Source of the DNA: Bacteroidales bacterium
GTDB lineage: Bacteria; Bacteroidota; Bacteroidia; Bacteroidales; UBA932
Assembly (NCBI GenBank): GCA_015060445.1
Contig: SUYL01000037.1
Location: 1,577 to 65,576, forward strand
Length of the DNA stretch: 64,000 nt
Direction of reading: 5' to 3'
Shown piece by piece: positions 35,779 to 44,445 of this stretch. The translations under genes were made by a program, and so were the position numbers. How positions within the stretch are numbered: the first letter of the stretch is position 1; each line of letters starts with the position of its first letter. Under the pieces are notes generated by a model that saw only the letters and a list, made by a program, of their open reading frames with translations, made no database searches and was not told the origin of the DNA.

Positions 35779-36519
35779 GTGGCATTTTTTACAGAAAATA
35801 TTCTACAGATATTCCTGCTGGCTGTTGGGGCCAGTTTTGTACAGAGGACAACGGGGTTCGGGTTCGGCATTTTCATAATGACATTGCTCCCGTTCCTTAT
35901 GCCTTCGTATGGGGAGGCAACGGCTTTGTCGGGATTATTGGCACTTACAACATCATTGATTGCCTTAATAAAATACAGAAGGTTCATAACCTGGAAGAGG
36001 CTCATTCCAATCCTCTCCATTTTCCTGATAACCTCCACCGCTGCAATATGCCTCCTTAAGGTGATGCAGGATGGCACTATTAGGTTCATACTGGGGTTCA
36101 TACTCATTTTTGTGAGCATCTATTTTGCTTTCCTCAACAAGAGGATAAAATTTGGAACAACATTGCCGTACCAGTTGGGCGCAGGCTCTTTGAGCGGCCT
36201 TATGGGGGGCTTCTTTGGGATGCATGGCCCTCCGGCTGTGCTCTATTTCATCTCTGCAGAGCAGGACAAGGAGCATTATATGGGGATGATACAGACCTAC
36301 TTTGTAATTACAAACGCAATGATGACAATAGCCAGGGCGGGGAACGGATTTGTAACCCCGGCTGTTGGGAAATGCTATATCTTCTGTCTTGGTGCTGTTG
36401 CAATAGGCTCCACATTGGGGGGCTGGGCCTTCAGCAGAATCCCCGGCAAGAAGTTCCCGTATGTGGTTTATGGGTATATAGGAATCAGTGGAGTGATAAT
36501 TTTGTGCAGTGCAATGTAG
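35779..36519 (+). CDS. TauE/SafE-family sulfite/anion exporter
   Basis: Multi-TM; QRTTGFGFGIF and GLMGGFFGMHGPP motifs. There is no ATG upstream of the first helix. The GTG at 35779 is proposed because the track start (35602) overlaps the convergent TIGR04076 gene. The start is uncertain. Confidence 0.7.
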   Translation: MAFFTENILQIFLLAVGASFVQRTTGFGFGIFIMTLLPFLMPSYGEATALSGLLALTTSLIALIKYRRFITWKRLIPILSIFLITSTAAICLLKVMQDGTIRFILGFILIFVSIYFAFLNKRIKFGTTLPYQLGAGSLSGLMGGFFGMHGPPAVLYFISAEQDKEHYMGMIQTYFVITNAMMTIARAGNGFVTPAVGKCYIFCLGAVAIGSTLGGWAFSRIPGKKFPYVVYGYIGISGVIILCSAM

Positions 36520-36544
36520 TTTGCATTTGAATTCAGACCGTATT

Positions 36545-37108
36545 ATGGAGATTGCAATAAAGAAAGCCAGCCGGGAGGATGCCCCAATAATTGCCAGAGC
36601 AGTTGCAATGGCAATAGGGGAGGAATCTGTGGCAGAGTACTGCGGGGAAAATTACCTCGCAGTGCTGGAAGAGGTTGCCAGTACTGAGGGGACCCAATAC
36701 AGTTACGCCAATTCCCTTGTGGCATTTGTAGAAGGGGAGCCTGCCGGAGCAATTGTGGGGTATGACGGGGCACTCCTCTACCCGTTGAGGGAGAATACCC
36801 TCTCCATTGTGGGAAAATACAACCCTGCTGTTCCCCATCTTCCCGACGAAACTTCGCAAGGAGAATTCTACCTCGATTCCCTTGGTGTGTTGCCCCAGTT
36901 CCGCGGCTGCGGAGTTGCCTCTGCACTCATCCGGGCCATCTGCTCCGTTGCATCAGATGCAGATTGCAGTAGGGTGGGCCTCATAGTTGAGGTAGAACGG
37001 CCCCATGTGGAAAAACTCTATGCCTCCCTGGGCTTCAGGCGTGTTGGAACTAAAGAATTCCTGGGCCACCCTATGTGGCATATGCAGATGGAGTTGACTG
37101 CCCAATGA
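36545..37108 (+). CDS. GNAT-family N-acetyltransferase
   Basis: Acetyl-CoA motif VLPQFRGCGVASALI. Start MEIAIKKASREDAP at 36545. Confidence 0.8.
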   Translation: MEIAIKKASREDAPIIARAVAMAIGEESVAEYCGENYLAVLEEVASTEGTQYSYANSLVAFVEGEPAGAIVGYDGALLYPLRENTLSIVGKYNPAVPHLPDETSQGEFYLDSLGVLPQFRGCGVASALIRAICSVASDADCSRVGLIVEVERPHVEKLYASLGFRRVGTKEFLGHPMWHMQMELTAQ

Positions 37109-37124
37109 TGGGTAATGTGTCTAA

Positions 37125-37226
37125 AAAATAGTACTTATTCCCGACAATTGTGTTGCGGCCGGCAACCCTTGCCGGGTAATCAGGCCCATCACAGATGCGG
37201 ATAAAACCAGAAACTGGGATAGGTAA
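37125..37226 (+). pseudogene. 3' remnant of a hexapeptide-repeat (Maa/LacA-type) O-acetyltransferase gene
   Basis: Own translation: KIVLIPDNCVAAGNPCRVIRPITDADKTRNWDR* (stop 37224-37226). The (I/V)P-x-N-x-VA-x-GNP-C/A-R-VIR tail is characteristic. There is no upstream body; an in-frame stop sits at 37122. Confidence 0.6.
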
Positions 37227-37364
37227 ACCTCTCTCCAACACTCAGACTACAAAGCAATGCGCCCATACATTGACATAGCAGAAAAAACAAAATCCGACGC
37301 AATGAAACTCATAGATGGTGCGTGGGGAATGTAGGAAAATCAGTAAATTTGCAACAAGGAGATT

Positions 37365-38489
37365 ATGCTTATGAAAGGAACAGAAATTACAGAAGTTAAG
37401 GTAGATGCCCTATTTGAAAAAATAGCAGGCTTGATTGAAGAGTCAAGGAAGAAGGTAAGTTCTGCAATAAATATTGCTGAGGTGTACACAAAGTATAATG
37501 TTGGAAGATACATCATAGAGCATGAGCAGGAGGGAAAATATAAAGCTGCCTATGGTAAACAGGTCCTTAAACAACTCTCGGAGAAGCTGACTAACAGATA
37601 TGGGAAAGGTTGGTCAGTAGAGACATTAACGACAACTAGAAAGTTCTATCAAACATATTCAAATTCCGTAAACACCGTTTACGAAATTCCAGCTGAGGCC
37701 AATAAATCTGAAACATCAAAAATCGTAAACACTGTTTACGATTTTCAAGGTACTACACCTGTAACTCATAAATTTGCCCTCTCCTGGTCTCATTATCTGA
37801 TACTTATGCGTATCTCCGATGCCAATGCCCGCAGTTTCTATGAAATAGAATGCGCAAAACAGAACTGGAGTGTACGTTGGTTACAGCGTCAGGTTAACAG
37901 CAGCTTGTATGAGAGATTGGCCCTTAGTAAAGATAAAAGCGAGGTGCTGCGCCTTGCTCAGGAAGGACAGACAATAGAGAAACCTGCAGACATCCTCAAG
38001 AATCCAGTAACTCTGGAGTTCCTCGGCTTGAAACCTGAAGCAGTTTACTCAGAAACAAAATTGGAGTCTGCAATCATTGATAAAATGCAAGAGTTCCTGT
38101 TGGAGATGGGAAAAGGCTTCCTGTTTGAAAAGCGCCAAAGACGATTCACATTTGATGAAGACAACTACTATGTAGATCTTATCTTCTACAACCGTCTGCT
38201 CCAGTGCTATGTTCTCATTGATCTGAAAATTGACAAACTTACTCATCAGGATCTTGGCCAGATGCAAATGTACGTCAACTATTATGACCGCTATGTGAAA
38301 CAGGAGTTTGAAAAGCCAACCATAGGCATCCTGCTATGTAAAGAGAAAAAAGATACACTCATCAAACTCACATTGCCAGAAAATGCCAATATCTATGCAG
38401 CAGAATATGCCTTGTATCTTCCCGATAAAACAGAGCTTCAAAACAAACTCAAAGCATGGATTGAAGAGTTTGAAAAGAACGAAAATTAA
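37365..38489 (+). CDS. YhcG/DUF1016-family PD-(D/E)xK nuclease-domain protein
   Basis: YVDLIFYNRLLQCYVLIDLKIDKLTHQDLGQMQMYVNYYD, PTIGILLC, YALYLPDKTELQNKL. Confidence 0.8.
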   Translation: MLMKGTEITEVKVDALFEKIAGLIEESRKKVSSAINIAEVYTKYNVGRYIIEHEQEGKYKAAYGKQVLKQLSEKLTNRYGKGWSVETLTTTRKFYQTYSNSVNTVYEIPAEANKSETSKIVNTVYDFQGTTPVTHKFALSWSHYLILMRISDANARSFYEIECAKQNWSVRWLQRQVNSSLYERLALSKDKSEVLRLAQEGQTIEKPADILKNPVTLEFLGLKPEAVYSETKLESAIIDKMQEFLLEMGKGFLFEKRQRRFTFDEDNYYVDLIFYNRLLQCYVLIDLKIDKLTHQDLGQMQMYVNYYDRYVKQEFEKPTIGILLCKEKKDTLIKLTLPENANIYAAEYALYLPDKTELQNKLKAWIEEFEKNEN

Positions 38490-38506
38490 ATTCAAATTAC
38501 TATAAT

Positions 38507-38545
38507 GAATGTCCCGTTTTGTAAAGAGTCGGGACATTTATTAAT
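38507..38545 (+). terminator. Terminator-like hairpin
   Basis: GAATGTCCCG / CGGGACATT stem with a 13-nt loop. The following T-run is weak. Confidence 0.4.
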
Positions 38546-39103
38546 TTATATCTACACTATGCCGTAACCTCATAGATCCTATCCTCAACCAACTCCGCAT
38601 ACTAAACATTGCCGAAAAAGAAGAATACAAAACCAAACTGAACGATCTCCCACATCCGCCGTAAAGACAAAGAAACATAAGCATCCCCAATCCGCACTCT
38701 GGGCGAGGAGTTCTATTCCCTATACCAGTTCTTGCAGCCAATTGGCCCCATCCGCGTAGAAATCTGCACAGATGAAAACTTTTCCACCGCCCTCACCATC
38801 TGCAACACCCTAATGGAACACACCGGTAAAATCTTCAGCACCTTGCCTAAAGTAGAAGATAACCCATCGGGCCCCCTCTCTTCTTCCCGACAGCAAATGT
38901 TCCTCATCTCCCTGCCTGAAGATACAACCTTTCCCCGCCAGATCTACCTGCAGGTTGCAGAGACTTTGGGTATTCCTGTACCTTCTGCCGACAGGTATAT
39001 TAACCGCTGGGTAAGCAGTGGAGTGCTTGAGAAAGTTGGGCATGGGGAGTTTAGGATTAAGGCGATAGTTAGTTTGCCACATGGTAGGAATGAGAAAGTG
39101 TGA
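38545..39103 (+). pseudogene. Frameshifted remnant of a larger gene; C-terminal winged-helix-like tail (possibly from a mobile-element helicase/primase-type protein)
   Basis: Two open fragments lie in different frames: 38545-38661 ..RNLIDPILNQLRILNIAEKEEYKTKLNDLPHPP*, and 38680-39103 ASPIRTLGEEFYSLYQFLQPIGPIRVE...AETLGIPVPSADRYINRWVSSGVLEKVGHGEFRIK. The only start in the track ORF is a TTG. The family assignment is a guess. Confidence 0.35.
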
Positions 39104-39141
39104 TTTGTGTGCTATATTTGTATAATGAAAAATTATATAGT

Positions 39142-40812
39142 ATGCGCTGTTTGTTATTTCTATTGTTGATTGCTCATCTATTCTGTGCATGTTCTGTTAA
39201 GAGTAATCGGGTAAAATCAGAGTTGAGGAGGGCTGAAGAACTTATGATGAATTCTCCTGATTCGTCGTTTATAATATTAAAAGGGATAGATCCAATGAAG
39301 ATTACAGGAAAAAAATCCCAGGCTCTGTATGCTCTGTTGTTGTCCCAAGCTATGGATAAGAATTGGATAGATGAAGTAGATGATTCTTTGATAATGGTTG
39401 CTGTTGATTATTATAGAAATTCAAATGATGCTGAGCACAAATTTCTCTCATATTACTATCTTGGTCGGATTCAGCAGAATAGTGGTAATCTGGCAAAAGC
39501 CTTGGTCTCTTTTGCTGTTGCAGAAGAAATGGCCGGACAGATATCTGATAATTATAGTATAGGCTTACTTTATGCCCAATTAGGCCTTATTTACCAGACT
39601 TTATACGATTACCCAAAAAGTATTGAGGCTTTCAGTAAAGCGAGCCATTTCTATGATCTGGCAAACAAGTCATCCCATAAAGTATATGCAAAGCTCTCCT
39701 TGGCGCAATTGTATAAAAGTGTGAAGCAGTATGATAAGTCTCATGAGATCATTTCTGAAATTATTACTGCAGCATATGATAGCAAAGATGTATATCTTAC
39801 CCAACAATGTGTGCAGTTGCTGTTTCATATTTATGAGCAACAGGGTGATATGCAGGGTGCGAAATCATTGCTAACAAGCAAATATGTTAAATTGTGCAAT
39901 GATGACCTTATGCTTATGCAGGCTAAGGCATACGCTTATGCATTGCAAAAGAGTGACAGTGCAAAATTATACATGAGCAGAGCTTGGAAGCTGGCAAGAA
40001 ACAGTTCAGATTCAGCGCAATTGTATTTTAGGGAGTATAAGATCAATAAGCTTGTGGGAAAACATGATGTGGCGCTAAAAAATCATGAGAAGGTCTTATA
40101 TATACAGGATACCATTGTAAGGAAGAACCTACAACAACCTATATTGACAGCTCAAAAGGATTACTATCAAACAGAGTACAAAGTAAAAGCGCAAGAATTG
40201 AAGCAAAGCAAGCACAGACTGGCTGCCTTTATATGTGTTTCCATAGTGGTAATTATCATGCTGGTTGTTGCATACAGATACAGGATAAGGGTAAAACAGA
40301 AACAGATAGAGAGTTATATTGATAAAATATATAATCTGGAAAGTTCTCTGCTGGCTGTCAATGAAGAAGCAGATAGTGCAATTGTAGAAAATGTTGAAAT
40401 GAGAAAGAAGATCAACAGCCTTTTTGGCTCTCAGTTTAATCTTATAGATAAGCTATGCACAACTTATTATGAAACTCAAGCTGCAAATAAAGACAAAGAT
40501 GCAATATATACCCAGGTGAGGAATGAGATTGAGAAATTGCAGAGCAACAGGAAACATATTATGCAATTGGAAAAGATCATTAACCTTTATATGGATAATG
40601 TAGTGGCCAGAATAAGAGAAACAGTTCCTCAAATGACGGAGATGGAAATAAGGCTATGCTGTTTTTTTCTGGCAGGCTTTTCGGCCAAAGCCATCAGTGT
40701 TTTTACAAATGATTCTATTGGCAATATTTATATGAAAAAGGTACGTATGAAGACTAAAATATCAGAGTCTGACTCAAAAGATAAGGATGTGATATTGGAA
40801 TATCTTTTATAA
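39142..40812 (+). CDS. TPR-repeat / single-TM / C-terminal LuxR-like HTH membrane-spanning regulator (lipoprotein signal)
   Basis: Lipobox LLIAHLFCACS. TPR-like repeats (YYYLGRIQQNSGNLAKALVSF, GLLYAQLGLIYQTLYDYPKSIEAF). TM helix LAAFICVSIVVIIMLVVAY. C-terminal EMEIRLCCFFLAGFSAKAISVFTNDSIGNIYMKKVRMKTKI. Confidence 0.65.
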   Translation: MRCLLFLLLIAHLFCACSVKSNRVKSELRRAEELMMNSPDSSFIILKGIDPMKITGKKSQALYALLLSQAMDKNWIDEVDDSLIMVAVDYYRNSNDAEHKFLSYYYLGRIQQNSGNLAKALVSFAVAEEMAGQISDNYSIGLLYAQLGLIYQTLYDYPKSIEAFSKASHFYDLANKSSHKVYAKLSLAQLYKSVKQYDKSHEIISEIITAAYDSKDVYLTQQCVQLLFHIYEQQGDMQGAKSLLTSKYVKLCNDDLMLMQAKAYAYALQKSDSAKLYMSRAWKLARNSSDSAQLYFREYKINKLVGKHDVALKNHEKVLYIQDTIVRKNLQQPILTAQKDYYQTEYKVKAQELKQSKHRLAAFICVSIVVIIMLVVAYRYRIRVKQKQIESYIDKIYNLESSLLAVNEEADSAIVENVEMRKKINSLFGSQFNLIDKLCTTYYETQAANKDKDAIYTQVRNEIEKLQSNRKHIMQLEKIINLYMDNVVARIRETVPQMTEMEIRLCCFFLAGFSAKAISVFTNDSIGNIYMKKVRMKTKISESDSKDKDVILEYLL

Positions 40813-40903
40813 CTGTTTGATAAATAATGTGGTATGGCCATTTAAACTTGATTTGCATAATTAGGGGGGGGGTAATATGCTGTAAATCAGCTTATTGTAT
40901 TAT

Positions 40904-40953
40904 AAATAAGGGCGATGTTAGGTTCTGAAGTCTAACATCGCCTTTATTTATTT
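40904..40953 (+). terminator. Rho-independent terminator
   Basis: 18-bp stem AAATAAGGGCGATGTTAG / CTAACATCGCCTTTATTT (one mismatch) with a T-rich tail. Confidence 0.65.
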
Positions 40954-41145
40954 GAAAAACAGTGGATTATAGGTGTAAAATGTTGTGAAGAATTTAGATG
41001 AGTTTTTCTTAAAACAGATGAATTAGTTGCAATTTTGCTATGAATAAAGTGCCGGTCAACGGCCGGACTACTTTTACATGTGATGGGCAAAGTCGCCATC
41101 GCGTTTATAACGTTAATTTTTAACTACTGATTCAAATTAAGTAAG

Positions 41146-42231
41146 ATGAAAAAAATATTGAATGTTCTCCAAATATTCTGTGCAATAATATTATTTTCTT
41201 GTACAGAAAAAGTAGATCTTGATCCAAGAGAGAGGGCCGTTGTTGTGCATGCAATACTTGAAGATACCATAGTTCAGAAGGTGAATCTTTTTTACACCTC
41301 GTATGTTTCGGAAAACTATAATCCACCGGTAGAAGATGCTCAGGTGTATATTGAGAGAGTATGTCAAGATAGTATGGTTGTTGAAAGACACGATTTCTAT
41401 AAGGTCAAGGATGGTGAGTGGAAAGGGGATTTTTTGCCTATTCAAAATGCAATTTATAAGTTAACAGTATTAGTACCAGGCGAGGAAACGATTACTGCTT
41501 CAACAAGATTCCCATTGCGAAATGAATTTATACGGTTCAAAAGAGTCGCGAATGCGTCGGATGATCAATATTTTCATACGAAGAGCAGTGGTAAATACAA
41601 TTCGGAAGCAATCACGCTATTTTCTTTTATGGATTATATTCCAGAGACAAAAGATTACAGGATAGCAAGTAGTCATAGATATATATCATATAATCATGAC
41701 GTTAATACAGAAGAATCAATTTTTAAAAAAAAATATCATACGTGGATGTTTCAGGATTTTGAATATAATGGAATATATGCAATATGTAGAGATAGTCTTT
41801 ATATTTCGTCTATAGATAGTCTGAATATGACTAATCAGTCTTATAGAAGGAAAGTATCAGTTGTTTTGCCAGGAATTGACTTTAATCAAATAGGAGCAAT
41901 TCAAATTTGGTTTTCCCCCCATAGAAGTTATAAGGAAGGAAATATTAGGTGTATTCATCCGCTGTCGTATCTGGTGGTCCAGAATATTAGTAAGGATTAC
42001 GAAATGTATATTAAGGATATCATAGCAAAAAACTTGGGCCTTAACAGGAAAGAAGAATCTGATTTGACCCATCTATGGGAAAAGGATGAAATATATTCAA
42101 ATATCAAAAACGGATTGGGAATATTTGCAGCAGAATGTAGATATGAGCTGATGGTTAAAGATTGGCAATATCTGGATTTCCCTGCTGTATGGGATCAATA
42201 TAATATAACTATCCCTGGTTGGAATGATTAA
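41146..42231 (+). CDS. DUF4249-type lipoprotein
   Basis: Lipobox AIILFSCT. VVVHAILEDT...NLFYTS...VEDAQVYIE...YKLTVLVPGEETITASTRFP pattern. Adjacent to a TonB-dependent receptor. Confidence 0.65.
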   Translation: MKKILNVLQIFCAIILFSCTEKVDLDPRERAVVVHAILEDTIVQKVNLFYTSYVSENYNPPVEDAQVYIERVCQDSMVVERHDFYKVKDGEWKGDFLPIQNAIYKLTVLVPGEETITASTRFPLRNEFIRFKRVANASDDQYFHTKSSGKYNSEAITLFSFMDYIPETKDYRIASSHRYISYNHDVNTEESIFKKKYHTWMFQDFEYNGIYAICRDSLYISSIDSLNMTNQSYRRKVSVVLPGIDFNQIGAIQIWFSPHRSYKEGNIRCIHPLSYLVVQNISKDYEMYIKDIIAKNLGLNRKEESDLTHLWEKDEIYSNIKNGLGIFAAECRYELMVKDWQYLDFPAVWDQYNITIPGWND

Positions 42232-42243
42232 AAAATAGATGTT

Positions 42244-44349
42244 ATGAAGAAAAAATATAGAATTCTGGTATCTGTAGTAGTGCTCATTCTAAGCTCCATA
42301 AATTTGTCTGCACAAAACTTTAATGAGAACATTAAGGAGCGCTTGGATACTCTTCAGTCTATAACTGTAATAGCTGATTCATCAGTAGTAAGGGCTGCAG
42401 GAGTTGTAAAGGTAGATCTTCCCAAGATGCAGCATATGGTAACAGCACTGGGAGAAGGTGATGTGATAAAATATATCCAGACAATGCCAGGTATTGCTGT
42501 AGGAGTGGAGGGTACGTCATCTTTCTATGTGAGAGGTGGTAATCTGGGAAATAATGTTGTTACAATTGATGGAGTAAGGCTTTATGGTTATGGGCATCTG
42601 TTGGGAATTACATCAGCATTTTCAAATGATATAGTGGGCAGTGCTAACTTTAATGTGGGAGGTTTTGGAGCGGAGAGCTACAATATGCTCGCGTCTCATA
42701 TAAATATTGTTACCAAGGATCCCAATTTCAATGAGTGTGAAGCCAAATTTGGAGTAAGCAATTTTATGGTTAGCGGATATGCTTCGGCTCCAATAAAAGA
42801 AGATAAACTGGCTTTAGAGGTGGCAGCCAGAGTCTCACCTCTTTCATTGGAATATGAGATGGGGAAAAAATGGGTTGAGGACAAACTTACCCTTTTCAAT
42901 AACCTGGAGGCTGGGGTATATGATATATATAGCAAGCTATCCTATAAACCTGATGCCAAGCATACTGTAAACGCTTCTTTCTTTTATAGTGTGGATGATT
43001 TTGGATACGGAGACATAAATGTAAGTTCATATGACAAGATGAATTGGCATAATATGATAGGCAACTTGGAATGGAACTGCAATATATCTCCTAAATGGAG
43101 TGTGAAAACAAATGCTTCATACAACAGTTACCAGAGTGGGCAGACACAGGAGAGGATTATGCAGGATAAGTACAACAAGCTTTCTATAACTTCCAGCATA
43201 GAGGAACTGTCATTGAATACAGCGTTCAGATATAAGATATCTGACAAATGGAATTTGAAAATGGGAGTGAGGGTAACAACCAGCACTTTCAACCCGGGAT
43301 CATCCCAAGAATATGCATCAGCATCAGCCGAGCCTGCAGGGAAATCCAATAAAACGGAGAACTTTTTGGGAAATCTGTATTCAGAACTCAAATACAGCAA
43401 TAAAGACAGACTGCAAATGGCTTTGTCTTTAAGGGGCAGTTATTTTATAGGGGAGAAATCCAAATATGATGAGTATAAAGGATTTGAGCCGGAGGTGAGT
43501 TTCAATGCAAGTGCAAGACTTACAAAATGGATGGGTATTGAAGCAACCTATGACAGGCTGGTGCAGTATTATCACACCTTGGAGGGTATCCCTTTGGGAT
43601 GGTCTTTGGATATGATTGTGCCATCTTCCAGGCAACTGCATCCAGAAACTGGAATCCAATATTACGGTGGATTATACTTCAAGTTGGCAAAGGACCACAG
43701 ACTTTCTGTAGGTGCATATTATAAGGAAATGACAAATCTTATTTACTTTGAAAAGGCAAGCGAGTTCTTTGGACAACAGGCAATGAGCGGATGGAAAGAT
43801 TTTATAAATGTGGGAGAGGGCAAGAGTCAGGGAATAGAGTTCCTGTATCAGAAGAGCGGCAAAAAACTGAATTATAAAGTAGCCTATACTTTTTCTGAGA
43901 CTACCAGATTCTTCCCTGAATTGAATGATGGCAAGGAGTTCAAGGCAAAATTTGACAGACCTCATGTGTTGAATGCAACAGCAGATTACCTTTTCTATTT
44001 AAAAGACAACAAAGAGTATGGCGCCAACCTGCTGTTGAGTTATCAGAGCGGCAATATGGAAAGTGTGAAATCCGGGACTTATCCAGGATTTGTTCCAGGT
44101 TATGATGTTTCGCTTGACTACTATAGCGGCTTCAACAATAAACGTCTTGAGCATTATATGCGCGTTGATGTAGGTGCATATGCCAAATGGAAAAAGCCAA
44201 AAGCTATTCATAATCTGCAACTGGGAATATATAACCTTACTAATAGGCACAATATCTTCAGTCTGTACTATGATGTAGATGAAGATACCTGGAAAAAGGT
44301 GTATGTGTTCCCTATAATGCCTAGTATCAGCTATAAGGTTGAGTTTTAA
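42244..44349 (+). CDS. TonB-dependent receptor (plug + beta-barrel)
   Basis: Signal peptide. Plug GDVIKYIQTMPGIAVGVEGTSSFYVRGGNLGNNVVTIDGVRLY. Terminal SISYKVEF. Confidence 0.85.
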   Translation: MKKKYRILVSVVVLILSSINLSAQNFNENIKERLDTLQSITVIADSSVVRAAGVVKVDLPKMQHMVTALGEGDVIKYIQTMPGIAVGVEGTSSFYVRGGNLGNNVVTIDGVRLYGYGHLLGITSAFSNDIVGSANFNVGGFGAESYNMLASHINIVTKDPNFNECEAKFGVSNFMVSGYASAPIKEDKLALEVAARVSPLSLEYEMGKKWVEDKLTLFNNLEAGVYDIYSKLSYKPDAKHTVNASFFYSVDDFGYGDINVSSYDKMNWHNMIGNLEWNCNISPKWSVKTNASYNSYQSGQTQERIMQDKYNKLSITSSIEELSLNTAFRYKISDKWNLKMGVRVTTSTFNPGSSQEYASASAEPAGKSNKTENFLGNLYSELKYSNKDRLQMALSLRGSYFIGEKSKYDEYKGFEPEVSFNASARLTKWMGIEATYDRLVQYYHTLEGIPLGWSLDMIVPSSRQLHPETGIQYYGGLYFKLAKDHRLSVGAYYKEMTNLIYFEKASEFFGQQAMSGWKDFINVGEGKSQGIEFLYQKSGKKLNYKVAYTFSETTRFFPELNDGKEFKAKFDRPHVLNATADYLFYLKDNKEYGANLLLSYQSGNMESVKSGTYPGFVPGYDVSLDYYSGFNNKRLEHYMRVDVGAYAKWKKPKAIHNLQLGIYNLTNRHNIFSLYYDVDEDTWKKVYVFPIMPSISYKVEF

Positions 44350-44445
44350 TATTGTACCAAGATGTTTAATATTAAACACGACCTCGGTTATAGTTTTAAA
44401 ACTATAACCGAGGTCGTGTTTAATATTAAACATCTTGGTACAATA

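Noticed and set aside
5056-39141. N-terminal extensions in the track ORFs (6451-6537, 7793-7882, 10930-10959, 25442-25483, 26478-26513, 32878-32946, 35602-35778, 36509-36544, 39100-39141)
   Set aside because: The extensions start at alternative codons, overlap neighbouring genes or repeat DNA, and precede much better starts that expose signal peptides or family-typical N-termini.
40864-40872. G9 homopolymer (and C8 at 35334-35341) as possible slipped-strand phase-variation switches
   Set aside because: Both lie downstream of stop codons in 3' intergenic DNA, not in a promoter spacer or reading frame. Their lengths are identical in both palindrome arms. Homopolymers are also error-prone in long-read data.
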